A stretch of 64,000 nt of DNA from Neocallimastix sp. 'constans' (taxonomy: Eukaryota). How positions within the stretch are numbered: the stretch's first letter is position 1; every line of letters starts with the position of its first letter. The stretch is taken from NCBI GenBank assembly GCA_050613775.1, contig JBODTK010000010.1:248001-312000 (forward strand). Direction: 5' to 3'. Positions 26,361 to 45,739 of the stretch are shown in pieces. The notes beneath the pieces are model-generated. The model had not been told where the DNA came from and did not search any database. It saw only the letters and a program-made list of their open reading frames with translations. The translations under genes and the position numbers were made by a program.

Positions 26361-27704
26361 AAAAATATTATTAATTTATTAAAGATAATCCTTAGAAATG
26401 AATAATTATTAATAAGGAATGAGATAAAAAAAAAATTAAAAATATAAAGTATAACCAACAAATATAATATATTAGTCATTACCGTAAATAATCCTTTTAA
26501 GAAAAAATGATGATAGCAAAAATCATAATAATAATTATATTACATTGTTTAATTGTTGCTTATTGAAATAATAATAAATAAAATTAATTATATATCGTCC
26601 ATATTAAAATAAATAAGAATTTAGAAAAATAAATGAATAATTATATATTAAAAATTTTACAAATAATAGATAATAATAGTTTTAGAATAGATAATATCCA
26701 ATTCATAATATAAATATATATTTAAATTCTTTTATACTCTTATGTTAACATTATTAAATATTATTTGAGACAATATTATAAAATATATATTGAATAAACC
26801 ACAATTTGAAGAAGTATTAATTAATTTTCATTAATTCAAAAAAAAAAAAAAAAAAAAGAAAAAAATAGTAATAATAATATAAACGTTAAACTCGGTTGAA
26901 TTTAAAACCAAACATAAAAAATTTTAGAGAAAAATTGATACTATAAAAGTATCGTTTAAATTTATAATGCATTATTTCATGAGAATTAAATTAAAAAAAA
27001 AAATTAGAGTTCATACAATAATAAAAAAAAGTAATTATAGGGAATAAAATCAATGAATAAATTAACAAGTTATATTTAATTATCAATCTGATTTAAATTA
27101 ATATATATAAATATTTATAAAAAAAAAAAGAAAAAAAAAATTCATATAATGGTTATTTGGTGTTTTATATAAGGAAACTTTAATTTTACCCTATAATTAT
27201 ATTCATCAATATTTCGAAAAACTTCAAAAAAAAAATTAATACATAAAAGTATTTTAATTTAAAAATCTTTTATATAAAATAATTTACATAAAAAATTAAA
27301 CGGAATTTATTTATTATAATTCATTATTCCACATTATTTCAAAAAAATATAATAAAAAATTATCTTATAATATATATATCATATTATATTAATATTATAA
27401 TATATATATTCATTTAAATCACTAAATATTTAAACTTTAAAAAATTAAATATTTTATAAAAAATTAAACTTTTTTATATCAAAAAATTCTTTATTGCATT
27501 AAACATTTTATATAAAAATTTTTTACATCACATCTTTTTTAAAAAAATTTTTTTTATTGATTCGAAGAATTTTATATCAAATAAAATTTATATATAAAAA
27601 AAAAATTCATTATTTTTTTAACAATATTGATTTTTATTTTTTTAAAAATTTAAATACTCGTATTAATTATAACAAAATTGATAAACTATATTGTATATAT
27701 TATA

Positions 27705-27742
<38 letters not shown>

Positions 27743-28130
27743 TTTTTTTTATAAAAATTTACCATATAAAATAAAATTTTTAATAATAAAATTAATAATT
27801 ATAAAATTTCTATCATCAAATAAATTTCATCTTTAAAATTTTTTATAGATATTTTTTGTTTTTAACATTTGAATAAATAATAAGAAATCAAAAAAATAAA
27901 AAAAGAAACTCGACAAAAAAAAAAAAACTATTATAATATAATTATCAATCAATAACAATTACAATATAAAAGTAACAACAAAACAAGTAATAATTGATAA
28001 TAATAATACATAAAAATTTATTTTTATTTTTATTTTTTTTTTTTATTCATAGATTTTATTATTGATTGATCTTTCGGAAATATTTAAATTAATTATTTAA
28101 TTTAAATAAATATAATTTTAATTCATATTT

Positions 28131-28163
<33 letters not shown>

Positions 28164-28167
28164 CTCG

Positions 28168-28202
<35 letters not shown>

Positions 28203-28298
28203 ATTGACAACTTCAATAGCAATAGAAATAAAAAGAAAAAAATTTTTTTTGAAAATAATTAAAATTTGGTATTACTAAAGAAGCTAAATAAAAAAAAA

Positions 28299-31200
28299 AT
28301 GATAAAATCAAAAGTTAACAGCAGTGATGAACTATTATTAAGCGAGCCCGATATTAATAAAACGCTCTGTAAGATAATTAAAGAAAAAAAAAATATTTTG
28401 ATACTATAATTACATGAAAAAAATTATTTTGATAATACTTTATTATATTTAGTAATAAATGATACATTTTTTTTATATAATATTTTAAATATATATATAT
28501 CTTATAAAATAAAAAATAATAAAGCTAAAGAAGCCGAATTATTACGTCTTCAAAGACAATATCGTTTAATGGAAGGTGATAGAAAGGTAACCTGCGAAAG
28601 TTCAAAAGCAGTTATAGCAAAGCAAAGGTTAATTAAATATAAAATTGAATACTTTTTTTTTTTTTTTTTTATGAAAAAAAAAAAAGGAATATTTAAAATT
28701 TGTACTAATGAATTATAAAATATTAACTTATAATATATATTAGTGAATCAATAAAAAAACTACAAGAGGAAAATTCAATGCTTCATTTTCAGTTAGTATT
28801 AGTTGAAAGAAGAATTAACTACCAAGAAAAAAATGGTATTAAGCATAAAAAAGCCAAAGAAACAATTAATAAAGGAGGTATGAAATATATATGTGTATAT
28901 ATATATAAGATATAGAATTTAATTAATATATATTTAAAAATTATCTAATTCTTTTTTTTTTTTTTTTTATCGTTCTTTCTAAATATTAATAATAACATTA
29001 TTGTTAATGATAATTAAATGTATATAAATATATATATATATAAATATTTTTTTTTCTTTTTTTTTTAAAAAAAATAATATCAAAAAGAATTAAATGTTAT
29101 TGAATATCAAAATTTAATGAACCAATTACAAGAAATTGAAATGAAAATAAATAATATGCATAAAAAAATAGAGAGAAAAAAATATGAATGTAGTGGAGTC
29201 AACTTTTTTAAGGAAAGTTACCAGTATAAACAACATATTATAGATGAATTAGAAAATAAATTAAATAAGGTATATATATTCCTTTCTTTAAACCAAGACA
29301 TATAATTAAATATTTATTTTTTTTATTTTATTTTTTAAATAAAGAATCTACATAATTAAATATTTAAACAAATTTTTTTAAAAATAATTAATTATTATTA
29401 ATTATTTTTTATGTAATCAAAATAATTATGGACATGAAAATAAAAAAAAATTTTTTATTGTTAATTTAAGGCTTTAGTTAAATATAATCAAACTCTAGCA
29501 GTTAATAAAAAGACACGATCCTTAATTGATACTTTAAGAGGTGAGAGAGCTTGTTTTGATAATTTATCTAGAAAATATAAAAAAGCTATCAATGAACAAA
29601 AAAAGAAAATGACAAAAGTTATTGAAGCTTCAACAGCAGCATATGAAACAAGGTATATAATAATAATAATAATAATAATAATTATTATTATTACTAATAT
29701 TATAATTATAATTATTATTATAATTATTATAAACACTGTTACTATTTATTATTATTATTATTAATTATAAAGTTTTAACTACTTAATTAATATAGAGTTG
29801 ATGCCCAAAATAAAATCTCAGTATTAAAAGAAAAAACAGAAAAGGAATATCAAGTATTTATTCAGGAGATGAATGAAATTAATAGGCAACTAGAACAAGA
29901 TCAAAAACTTAAGGAATTCATGAATACTAAAAATCAAGAAAAAGTTGTACATGGTAGAAAAAGAAAAAATGGTAATTAAAAATTAAATAAGCAATACTAA
30001 AGATATTATTAATAATATATTATTTATAAATAATTACAATTTAATAGAAATTTGTTGTAAAATAAATATAAATAAACTGTATTTACATTTTATTTATTTT
30101 ATTTTATTTTACTTTATTTTTTCATTTTATATTTAATACATTAATAATTTAATAAAAAAAAAAGGTGAAAGTCAAAATGATGAAGAAGAAACTATATATC
30201 AAATGTATAATAAAACATTAAATAATTATGAATCAATATTTAATACAATTCGTAAAGAAACTGGAATTGAAGATATAAATGAATTTATTAAAACCTTTAA
30301 TGATATTGAAGATGAAAATTTTTCATTATTTAATTATGTTAGTGAAATTAGTAATAAGATTGATTATAATGAAAGTGAAATTAAAACACTTCAAGAAAAA
30401 ATTGTATTATTAAAAAAGGATGAAAAAGAAAATCAAGAGATGAAACAAGAAATGATAAAACAAATGGAGGTAAAATTATTTTTAAATGTATTTATATATA
30501 AAATAAAATATATATAAAATATCATTTTTTTTACATCTTTTTTTTTTTTTCTTTTTTTTTTTAAAAAAAAATTATGCTTTTATTCCTATAATGTTAATGT
30601 ATAAATTAATATTATAGGAACGTCTAGAAACAAATAAAGAGAAAAATGAATATTATATCAATGATACTAGATCAAAACAAAATATTGTTGATATAATATG
30701 TCAAAATATTACGGAAATAGTACAAAAATTAATTGAATTTAAGTCTCTACCTACTGCTGATTTTTATTTAGCTCCTTCAGTATTTGTAACTAATGCACAA
30801 GCAATTATTGAAAAACAAAATAAATTAAAAGAAGACAGCTCAAATGATAATGAAAATAATGATGAAAACAAATCAAATGAATTGGAAGAAGATAAACAAG
30901 TTATAAGTTCAGGTTTAGAAAATAAAGATAATTTATTGAAAGATATTAGAGAAAAGGAACACGAAATTCAGAATGATAAGCCTGATATATTAAATGAAAA
31001 TGAAGTTCCATTCGGTAATTCTGATGAAGAGAGTAAAAATAATGAAGACGAAGAAAACAATAAAGATAATGAAAATAATGAAAACAATAGAGATAATGAA
31101 AATAATGGAAATAATGAAAACAATAAAGATAATGAATATAATGGAAATAATGAAAACAATAAAGATAATGAATATAATGGAAATAATGAAAACAATAAAG

Positions 31201-32211
31201 ATAATGAATATAATGGAAATAATGAAAACAATAAAAATAATGAAAATAATGAAAATAACGAATTAAATAATAATAAAAATAATAATAATAAGTCAGATAA
31301 TAATGAAGATCAAGTAAATAATACTAATGATAACAAAGAAAATGTAGAAAAGAAAGATTCTCTAGAATCATTAGCAACTAATTCATCGCCAAATATAGAG
31401 ATTAAGGAACAAGAGCTTACAAATCTAGAGAGAATTCCAACTTCATCAAATATTCTTGCCGATGAAGATAATAAAAAAAATATTAAGCTTACCGAAGACG
31501 TTATTAATTTAATTTTAGATAAACCAAAAATCAATAAAATTGTTGATACAAAAAATAGTAAAAATGCTACTATCATTAATCTTTTAAATGACAAAAAAGT
31601 TAATCCCATAAATCTTATTGAAGTATTAAGATATATTGAAGAAAAAACAAATGAATTATTAGTGTTTAACTATATGACTCATTTACCAAAACATAAAGAA
31701 TCAAATGAAAATGAAATTAAAACAGCCGATAAGATGTTTACAAATAATGAAGTCAATAACAGAGAAAATATTACTCTTCTTGGATCAGGTCCAGAAGCAC
31801 CAATTAATAACTTAAATATCAAAATACCTGATCGGTAAAGAAAAAAAAAAAAAAAAAGATTATTATATAATCAATATATTACATATATATAGAAATAATA
31901 TTAATATAATATAATAAAATAATAATTTATATATTATATAAAATGTGTATATGTTCAATAGGGATGATTCATCGGATAATTTAGATTATGATGATGAAGA
32001 AAAGAGATTATTAACTCGTGAAGAATTAACAAAAAGAACTATTATGAACGTATGTATATTTTATAAAAAAATATATATATAAAATTCATAATAATATTTC
32101 TTATTAAAATAATAATTTTATTAATTTTTTTTATTATTTTTTTAAAAATATATATGTATATAGTATAATAATAAAGTCAATAGAAAAGAAATTCAAAACA
32201 AATCGAAATAA
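28299..32211 (+). CDS. Outer dynein arm docking complex coiled-coil subunit (ODAD1/CCDC114/CCDC63, Chlamydomonas DC2-like), multi-exon
   Basis: Spliced peptides KEAELLRLQRQYRLMEGDRK, ELENKLNKALVKYNQTLAVNKKTRSLIDTLRGER, IEASTAAYETR, TGIEDINEFIKTFNDIEDENFSLFNYVSE, LRYIEEKTNELL. GT-AG introns; stop at 32209-32211. Confidence 0.85.
31040..31260 (+). repeat. Coding minisatellite with a 36-bp unit (NKDNEYNGNNEN) in the dynein docking gene
   Basis: AATAAAGATAATGAATATAATGGAAATAATGAAAAC repeated in frame, with degenerate flanking units. Confidence 0.9.
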
Positions 32212-32307
32212 TTGTTTTCATATCTAAAAATAATTCTTTTATTTTTATTTTTATTTTCACTTTTTTTAAACTATATATATATATATATTTAGTTTAATAA
32301 TAAAAAA

Positions 32308-32343
<36 letters not shown>

Positions 32344-33953
32344 AAAAGAAAAAGAAAAAATAGTAAAATTAAATGTTTTTAAATATCAAATTTCATAATT
32401 TACATTAGATATATAAATATACTTATTAAAATTTGTATATTGAAAGTATAATTGTAATATATTTTTTTTACATAGAAGAATTAAATAATGAATATATAAT
32501 AGGCAAATTATATATATAAAATTCATTATTAATAATAAAAATATAATCCACATGTTAAGCTATAAATTTTAATATTCTATTAAATTTATTTATAATTTAT
32601 TTATATAATTAATTAATTTAATAATTTCTTTTAATTATTTAATTAATTAATTATTTTTTTTTATTTCAATTATTATAAGTACTTCATTAATAAAAAAAAC
32701 TTTAATTGTATTTCTATAATTAATTAATTATTATAAAAAAGGAGTTTTTTTTTTTTTTATTATTAATAATAAATAATTAATTACAGAAATACAATTAAAC
32801 TCTTTTTTTTTGTTGTGTTTTTGAACGAAAATAACAAATAATTAAATAACAAATAATTAGATAATAAATAATAATAATAAATAATAATAAATAATAAATA
32901 ATAAATAATAAATAATAAATAATAAATAATAAATAATAAATAATAAATAATAAATAATAAATAATAAATATACATTATAAATATTAAATATTAAATTATA
33001 ATAAATCATAATATACAAAAATAATAAATCATAATAATTAATAATGTTTATAATTGGTAAATAATAATTATCATATTGCGTGCTGTTACTACTAATAGGA
33101 ATAATAAAATATTTTTTATCTTTTTTATTTTGATAATTATAAATTTAAAATGAAAAAAAAAATTTTATAATGAATATGAATATAAATATACAGAACTAAA
33201 AAAATCTAAAGATTTAAAGATAAATAAATTATAAATAAACATAAACTCATATATAAATTTCCATACATTAACTGTTTTATCATATCTTTTAATATTAAAA
33301 TACAATAATATAATTAATAATTATAATCAATATTATATTATTTGCTTTTTTTTTTCTAATAATAATTAATTAGTATTAATAATAATATTAGTATTAGTAA
33401 AAATTCAATAAATCCTTATCAGTGTTTTTTTATTCATTATATCCACATTTTATCATATCAATAATAAATATTAAGATTAATTATCAATAAAAATTTTTTA
33501 TTTTATTATCAAAATTTACTTATAATTTAGTGCTGAACATCCAATTATTAGTGGTTTTGTAGATTAATATTTTTTTTTAAAATAGGTTAAGTAATTTATT
33601 TATCGCATTAAAAATTCATTATAATTAGGAGCATTTTTTTTTTTTTTCATTTTTACTGTTATAAATACTATTTATCACTATTTATTATCATCATCATCAT
33701 CATAATATATAAAAAAGTCAAAATTGTTAATAACTATTAAGCAATATTTATATTAAACTTTAATTTAGTTATAAAGTTTATCTATATATTACCAATATAT
33801 ATTAATATATTTATACTAAAATTTATTATTAATATATATTAAAATTGTTAAAAAGAATTTTTCAATGATAAAAAAAATTTTTTTTAAAAATAAAAAAAAA
33901 TTAACTAAATAATTATATGATATTTGCCTGATAATTTTAATTTATGTCATGAT

Positions 33954-33993
<40 letters not shown>

Positions 33994-34458
33994 TTTTAAT
34001 TTATAACAAAAAAAAAAAAAAGCGTGACATGACAATACATATAAATGAAATATGTCATTAAACATAAATATTATATTTATATATATTTACAAAATATATT
34101 TAAATTAATTTAATTTAAAAAAAATAAATATAGTAAAATAAAAAGTATATAATAATAATAATAATTATATATATATATATAATTTATAGACTTTCCATAG
34201 AAAAAAAATACTTTTAATAAAATATTAAAGAAAAAACTTTAAAAATAATTTATTTTATTTTATTCTTAACTATCAGATAAAAAATTTTATCAATCTAGAT
34301 AAAAATATAATATTATAATTAATACATAAAAGGTAAAAAATTAATTAAAAATTTGAATATAAATACCACAAAAATTATCATTAATGTACTTTTAAATTTT
34401 TTCAAAAAAAATTTTAAAAAATTTAAATTTTATTCAAATAATAATTAATAAAACAAAA

Positions 34459-35943
34459 ATGTTAGAAGTACAACACGAAAATATCGTAAAGTCTCATAAT
34501 CGTTCAATTCCTGATGATTATTTAAATCAATCATCAATATTATATGCTTCAAATCCACCTACTCTTATTCCATTGATAGGCATATCATCAGATTCCGAGA
34601 TAATATATGAAATAAATGTATCTGTACCTAAAGATAAAGCAATAGATTATGTTAATTGGTTAAGCATATTTACTAAAAAACAATGTCAAACAACACCAGG
34701 TAAATTTATATTAGATATAAATATAAATAGAGATAATTAATAGTAATAATAAAGATAATAATAATATTTTTATTATAGATAAAAATAATAATTAAATAGT
34801 AATAAAGATAGTAAGATATAATAATAATAATAATAATAATAAAAGTAAATTATTATAATAGAGGGAAACATTAATATTATAACAATAATAATAATAGATA
34901 TAATATAGTATTATATAATTATAAAGATAATATAATAATATTATGAAAGTAATAGAAATAATGATAGAAATATATAATGTAATGATGATAGAGACAATAT
35001 AATAAAATAATAATATCATAATATTTTAATAATAGAATGTTTTAAAAATAGATATAATATAATAATAATAATATAGTGATGATATAGATAATATAAAAAT
35101 ACAATAATATTATAATAATAGTAGAGATGACGTAACAGTAATTTAATGATAATGTGTTAAAGTGATAATGTGGTAATATTATATTATTAGAATAATAATG
35201 AGATAAACTATAACAATAATAAAGATAGAATAATAATATTTTATTATTATATTAATATAATAAGATAAAATAATAACAATATAATAAGGATAGAAATAAT
35301 ATAATAATAATTTAACAATGTTAAGGATAATGTGATATTAATAACAATAAAAAAATAATTAAATAATAATATAATAGTATAATAATATAATAATATAATA
35401 ATACAATCAATAAATAATTAAATAATAATATGGTAATAAAATTAATTTTGATTAAATGTTATATTAAAAAGGTTTTACTCTTTGTAATGTATTTAGTCAA
35501 CCAAAGCCAGGTATATATATTTAAAATACTAATTTTATTAGTAATAATAAATATATTAATTTATATATTTTTAAATATTTTATAATTTTTCAAAATATAT
35601 AATAATATATAGCTGGTCTTCATTGGTTAAGTGAAGAAGGAGATTCAAAGGTATATACTATATAAATATTAAATTTTGAAAATTTTATAAAGATATATTT
35701 AATGAATGAATAAAAAATATAATATTACTTTAATACAAATATATTAATATGTTTACCTTAATATAATATATATTTAAACAATAGTGCTATTTCACAATTC
35801 AATATCATATTTGTTCACAAGAATACCTTAAAGATTACTTAAAAAATGAACAAGCAAAAGTAGCAAAAACTGAAATTGATCGTTTCAAATATACCATTAT
35901 TTCAAGAAGAGTTCTAAGAAACTTATTTAATACTTCAACATAG
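34459..35943 (+). CDS. Small DUF4286-like protein, 4 exons
   Basis: Exons 34459-34699, 35472-35510, 35613-35650, 35785-35943 join in frame: IIYEINVSVPKDKAIDYVNWL...TPGFTLCNVFSQPKP...CYFTIQYHICSQEYLKDYLKNEQAKV...RFKYTIISRRVL. Family assigned from recalled pattern (IYxVxV..W..PGF..TxQY..L..Y), not from a search. Confidence 0.7.
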
Positions 35944-36209
35944 AATAAAACCTTTAAAAAAGAAAATTATTATAAATAAATATTTCATAATTATGCTATC
36001 AATATAAAACTTTATACTATTTTTAAATATATAATAATAATAATGTAAAGCCTATAAAAATGAATTATTAAAATTTTAATATAAATAATAAAATAATCAC
36101 AAAAATTATATCTTATGAAAATTAATTATTTTATGTTGATTTTAATATATTCATTAAAATGTAAATATAAAAATTAAATAAACCATACTAAATGTAAAAT
36201 AATAATATA

Positions 36210-36252
<43 letters not shown>

Positions 36253-37339
36253 GAGGTAGCATTTTATAATTAAAATAGTTAACTAATATAATTATTAATT
36301 TTTCTATAATTTAGTATTAGTTTTATTTTAAATATATTTTATTAAGATCAATTATTTAGAACATATTTTTGTTTTTTACTTTTTTTTTTATTTTATTTTT
36401 TTGTGTCACATCTCCTATTTTATTTTAATTAAAAAAAAAAAAAAAAAAAAAATATGAAATAATTAACATATAAATATAAAAATATAATCTGTATTATTTT
36501 AAATAAGAATAATAATTGTATTTATATTAAATTTTTATTAAATGAAAAAACAATTAATAATATTATTTTACTTTATAGTATAAATACAGATTGTAAATAT
36601 TTTTAGAATTAATATTAAATATTTTAAAACTTTAAATACATTAAACTTTTTCGTACCAAAATCAAATTTAAATAAAAAATAATATTATATATAATATATA
36701 TATAATATTAAATTTGAGTTTTTTTTTTTTAAAATTAATTATAAATACTGGTAAATGTATATAATAATAATTATGATTAAAGATATATTATATAATAAAA
36801 TAAAAAATAAAATAAAATAAAAATAAAGAAAATAAAATATAACATCAATCTTCACTTTACATTATTTTTAATATAATTTTTATTTATATTTAAAAATACA
36901 CTTTATATAAATTTTTTTATATAAAAGTTAAATCAATATCAATATAAAGAATTTAAATTATTATATAGATATTTTATTTTTATTTCTTTTATATATGGGG
37001 ATAAAATAATATTCTTCGTACTTATAAAAAAAAAAAAAAATAAAAAATATCTTTATATAAATGTTATTATTTTTGTTGTTATTATTATTACTTTTAATAT
37101 TACTATTACTATTATTATTACTATTATTATTACTATTACTTAATATTATTACTATTACTATATATAATGCTATTCCAAATTTAAATTTATTTATATTATT
37201 ATTATTATTATTACTCCATTTATTTGTAAAATAAATTCTTCTGTATAAAACTATAATCATTAAAATTCATTTTTTTTATAAATTTTATTTTTTATAAAAA
37301 GAAATATTTTTATTATTACTATTACTTACTATTACTATA

Positions 37340-37370
<31 letters not shown>

Positions 37371-37679
37371 GACATTTGTAAAATAAAATTTTTATATAAA
37401 ACTATAATTTAAAATTTAATTTTTTTTATAATTTTTTTTTTATAGAAAGAAATAATTTAATATAGTAAAAAAAAAAGGAAATTAGAATGGTTTGGTGTAT
37501 TATCCCTTTGTAGCATCAAAAATTATTCATTAAAATTTTATTACATTTTGATACATTACAATATTTTTATTTACAATATGAAATATTATAAATTTAAATC
37601 TTGAAAATATATATATACAAAAGTATATTTATTAGATGTAATTTCCTTATTACTATATATATATAATTAAATCTTTTTT

Positions 37680-37722
<43 letters not shown>

Positions 37723-38061
37723 AAACATGAAAATATTTTTTATTATTATTAATATTTGAAATAAATGGTTGCATTATTCTAAAGCAATTTTTTTTTAAAA
37801 AAAATATAGAGGTAACTTAAAAATATTCCTTATAATAATATAAAATATAATTTTAAAATAAGCATTCTTTCTTTATTTCTTATAATATTTTATAATATTC
37901 TTTTTATATATTCAATATAAATAAAGAATTAATTTTTAATAATATATTAACTATTTTCCTTTTTTGATACTGTATATATTTATATAATATAATATAATAT
38001 ATGTTATGTAGAAAATTAATAATAATATTATTAATAATAAAATATAAAATATTTCACATAT

Positions 38062-38093
<32 letters not shown>

Positions 38094-38165
38094 ATACATA
38101 AAACTATCGAATACTAGAATTGCATTACAAATAATAGTAATAATATAAAAAAAAAAAAAAGCAAT

Positions 38166-44275
<6,110 letters not shown>

Positions 44276-44298
44276 TAATTATTTTTTGATTTCGTTTT

Positions 44299-44329
<31 letters not shown>

Positions 44330-44440
44330 GTATATAATAATAGAAATATAATAAATAAATAAATTAATAGAAAAATAGAAAAAAAAAAAAAAATAGAAAA
44401 AAAAAAAGTAAAAGAAATAAAAATTAATAATTAAAAAATA

Positions 44441-44484
<44 letters not shown>

Positions 44485-44935
44485 CATAATATACATATAC
44501 AAATAATTTCTTTTCTTTATAATATTTTATTTATATAAATTAGAAAAATAATAATATTATATTATTATTATTAATTAATTAATATTTTTTTAAAAAAAAA
44601 AAAAGTTTTATATATATATAAATTTTATAAGTAATAAAAATAAATTAATAAATAAATAAATAAATAAATAAATAATAAAAAAATATTAATAAAGTTTTTT
44701 TATTTAAATTTTTTTATTTTTATTTTTTTTTTTTTTATTTTTTTAATTTTATTTTATTTAGAAATGTGTGAATACTTATATACATACATGTATGTATATA
44801 TTTGAATGACTTTATATATATATATAGAAATAATTTAAAATGTACAAATATTTAATAATAATACATCAAGTTTTTATTAAATAATTCTATATCAACTGTC
44901 TATATATATATATAGTTTTTTTTTATTTTTAATTA

Positions 44936-45583
44936 TTACATTGGCATGACACAACTAGTGAAGAAATCCTTTGAACCTTCTTTACCAAATACCTTTTCTA
45001 GAATTGATGAAGAAGGGTTTCCTTCATTTATCATTCTATCACGAAAACTAGAAAGTTCTTTTAAATTATTTTTATCTATTGATGTTTCATTTCTTTATTA
45101 TAAGCTTTAATAGAATTGACAATCATATCAGAAAGATTTTCATCCTCTTGAATAAGAGAATAAGAGGCTCTTTCCTTAACATACCAATTTGGTTTTTCTT
45201 GATATTCAGGTATATCGTTGTACAGATCCTTAACAGCTTCAAGATTTTTCATAGAAGGATGATTTGCAGTACAATCATAATATTCTATAAAAATTGTTCT
45301 TTTTTTACCAAAAGTCATTATATCTATTAAAAGATAGGGTATAGAAACACCTTCACCCGGCATGAAAGAAGTGGTTAAAAGCTCCATATTAAATAATTTT
45401 TTAGTATGCATGGTCATGAAATGACCAAAACCTGGAATTTTGTAACGTTTAGTATTAAATTTCATCAGACCGAACCATTTTGGATATGAAAAATTGGTAT
45501 AATTATCTTCAGGAATTTTTTCATATTGTTTATTCATTAAAAAAAGTATTTGTTATAGTTTCTTTGATAGTACTTAAGTTCAT
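44936..45583 (-). pseudogene. Intronless gene of probable gut-bacterial origin, possibly ferredoxin-dependent bilin reductase/RCC-reductase fold; two frameshifts
   Basis: ATG at 45583 (MNLSTIKETITNT), frameshift in a T7 run, ORF 45537-45076, second frameshift near 45085, then SIDKNNLKELSSFRDRMINEGNPSSSILEKVFGKEGSKDFFTSCVMPM-TAA (44936). Fold call is inferred from the C-terminal P-x-x-x-I-L-x-x-x-FG-x-E...F pattern. Confidence 0.6.
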
Positions 45584-45654
45584 TTTTAAAGATAAATATA
45601 TTTATTTATTTATTTATTTATTTTACTTAATTGTATAATGTAATGTAATGTTTA

Positions 45655-45685
<31 letters not shown>

Positions 45686-45739
45686 AATTTTATTTTATTT
45701 CTGAATAATGATTTTTTTATTTTATTTAATAATAACGAA

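Noticed and set aside
30968..31609. Alternative-frame and antisense repetitive ORFs
   Set aside because: Shadows of the coding minisatellite in the dynein docking gene.
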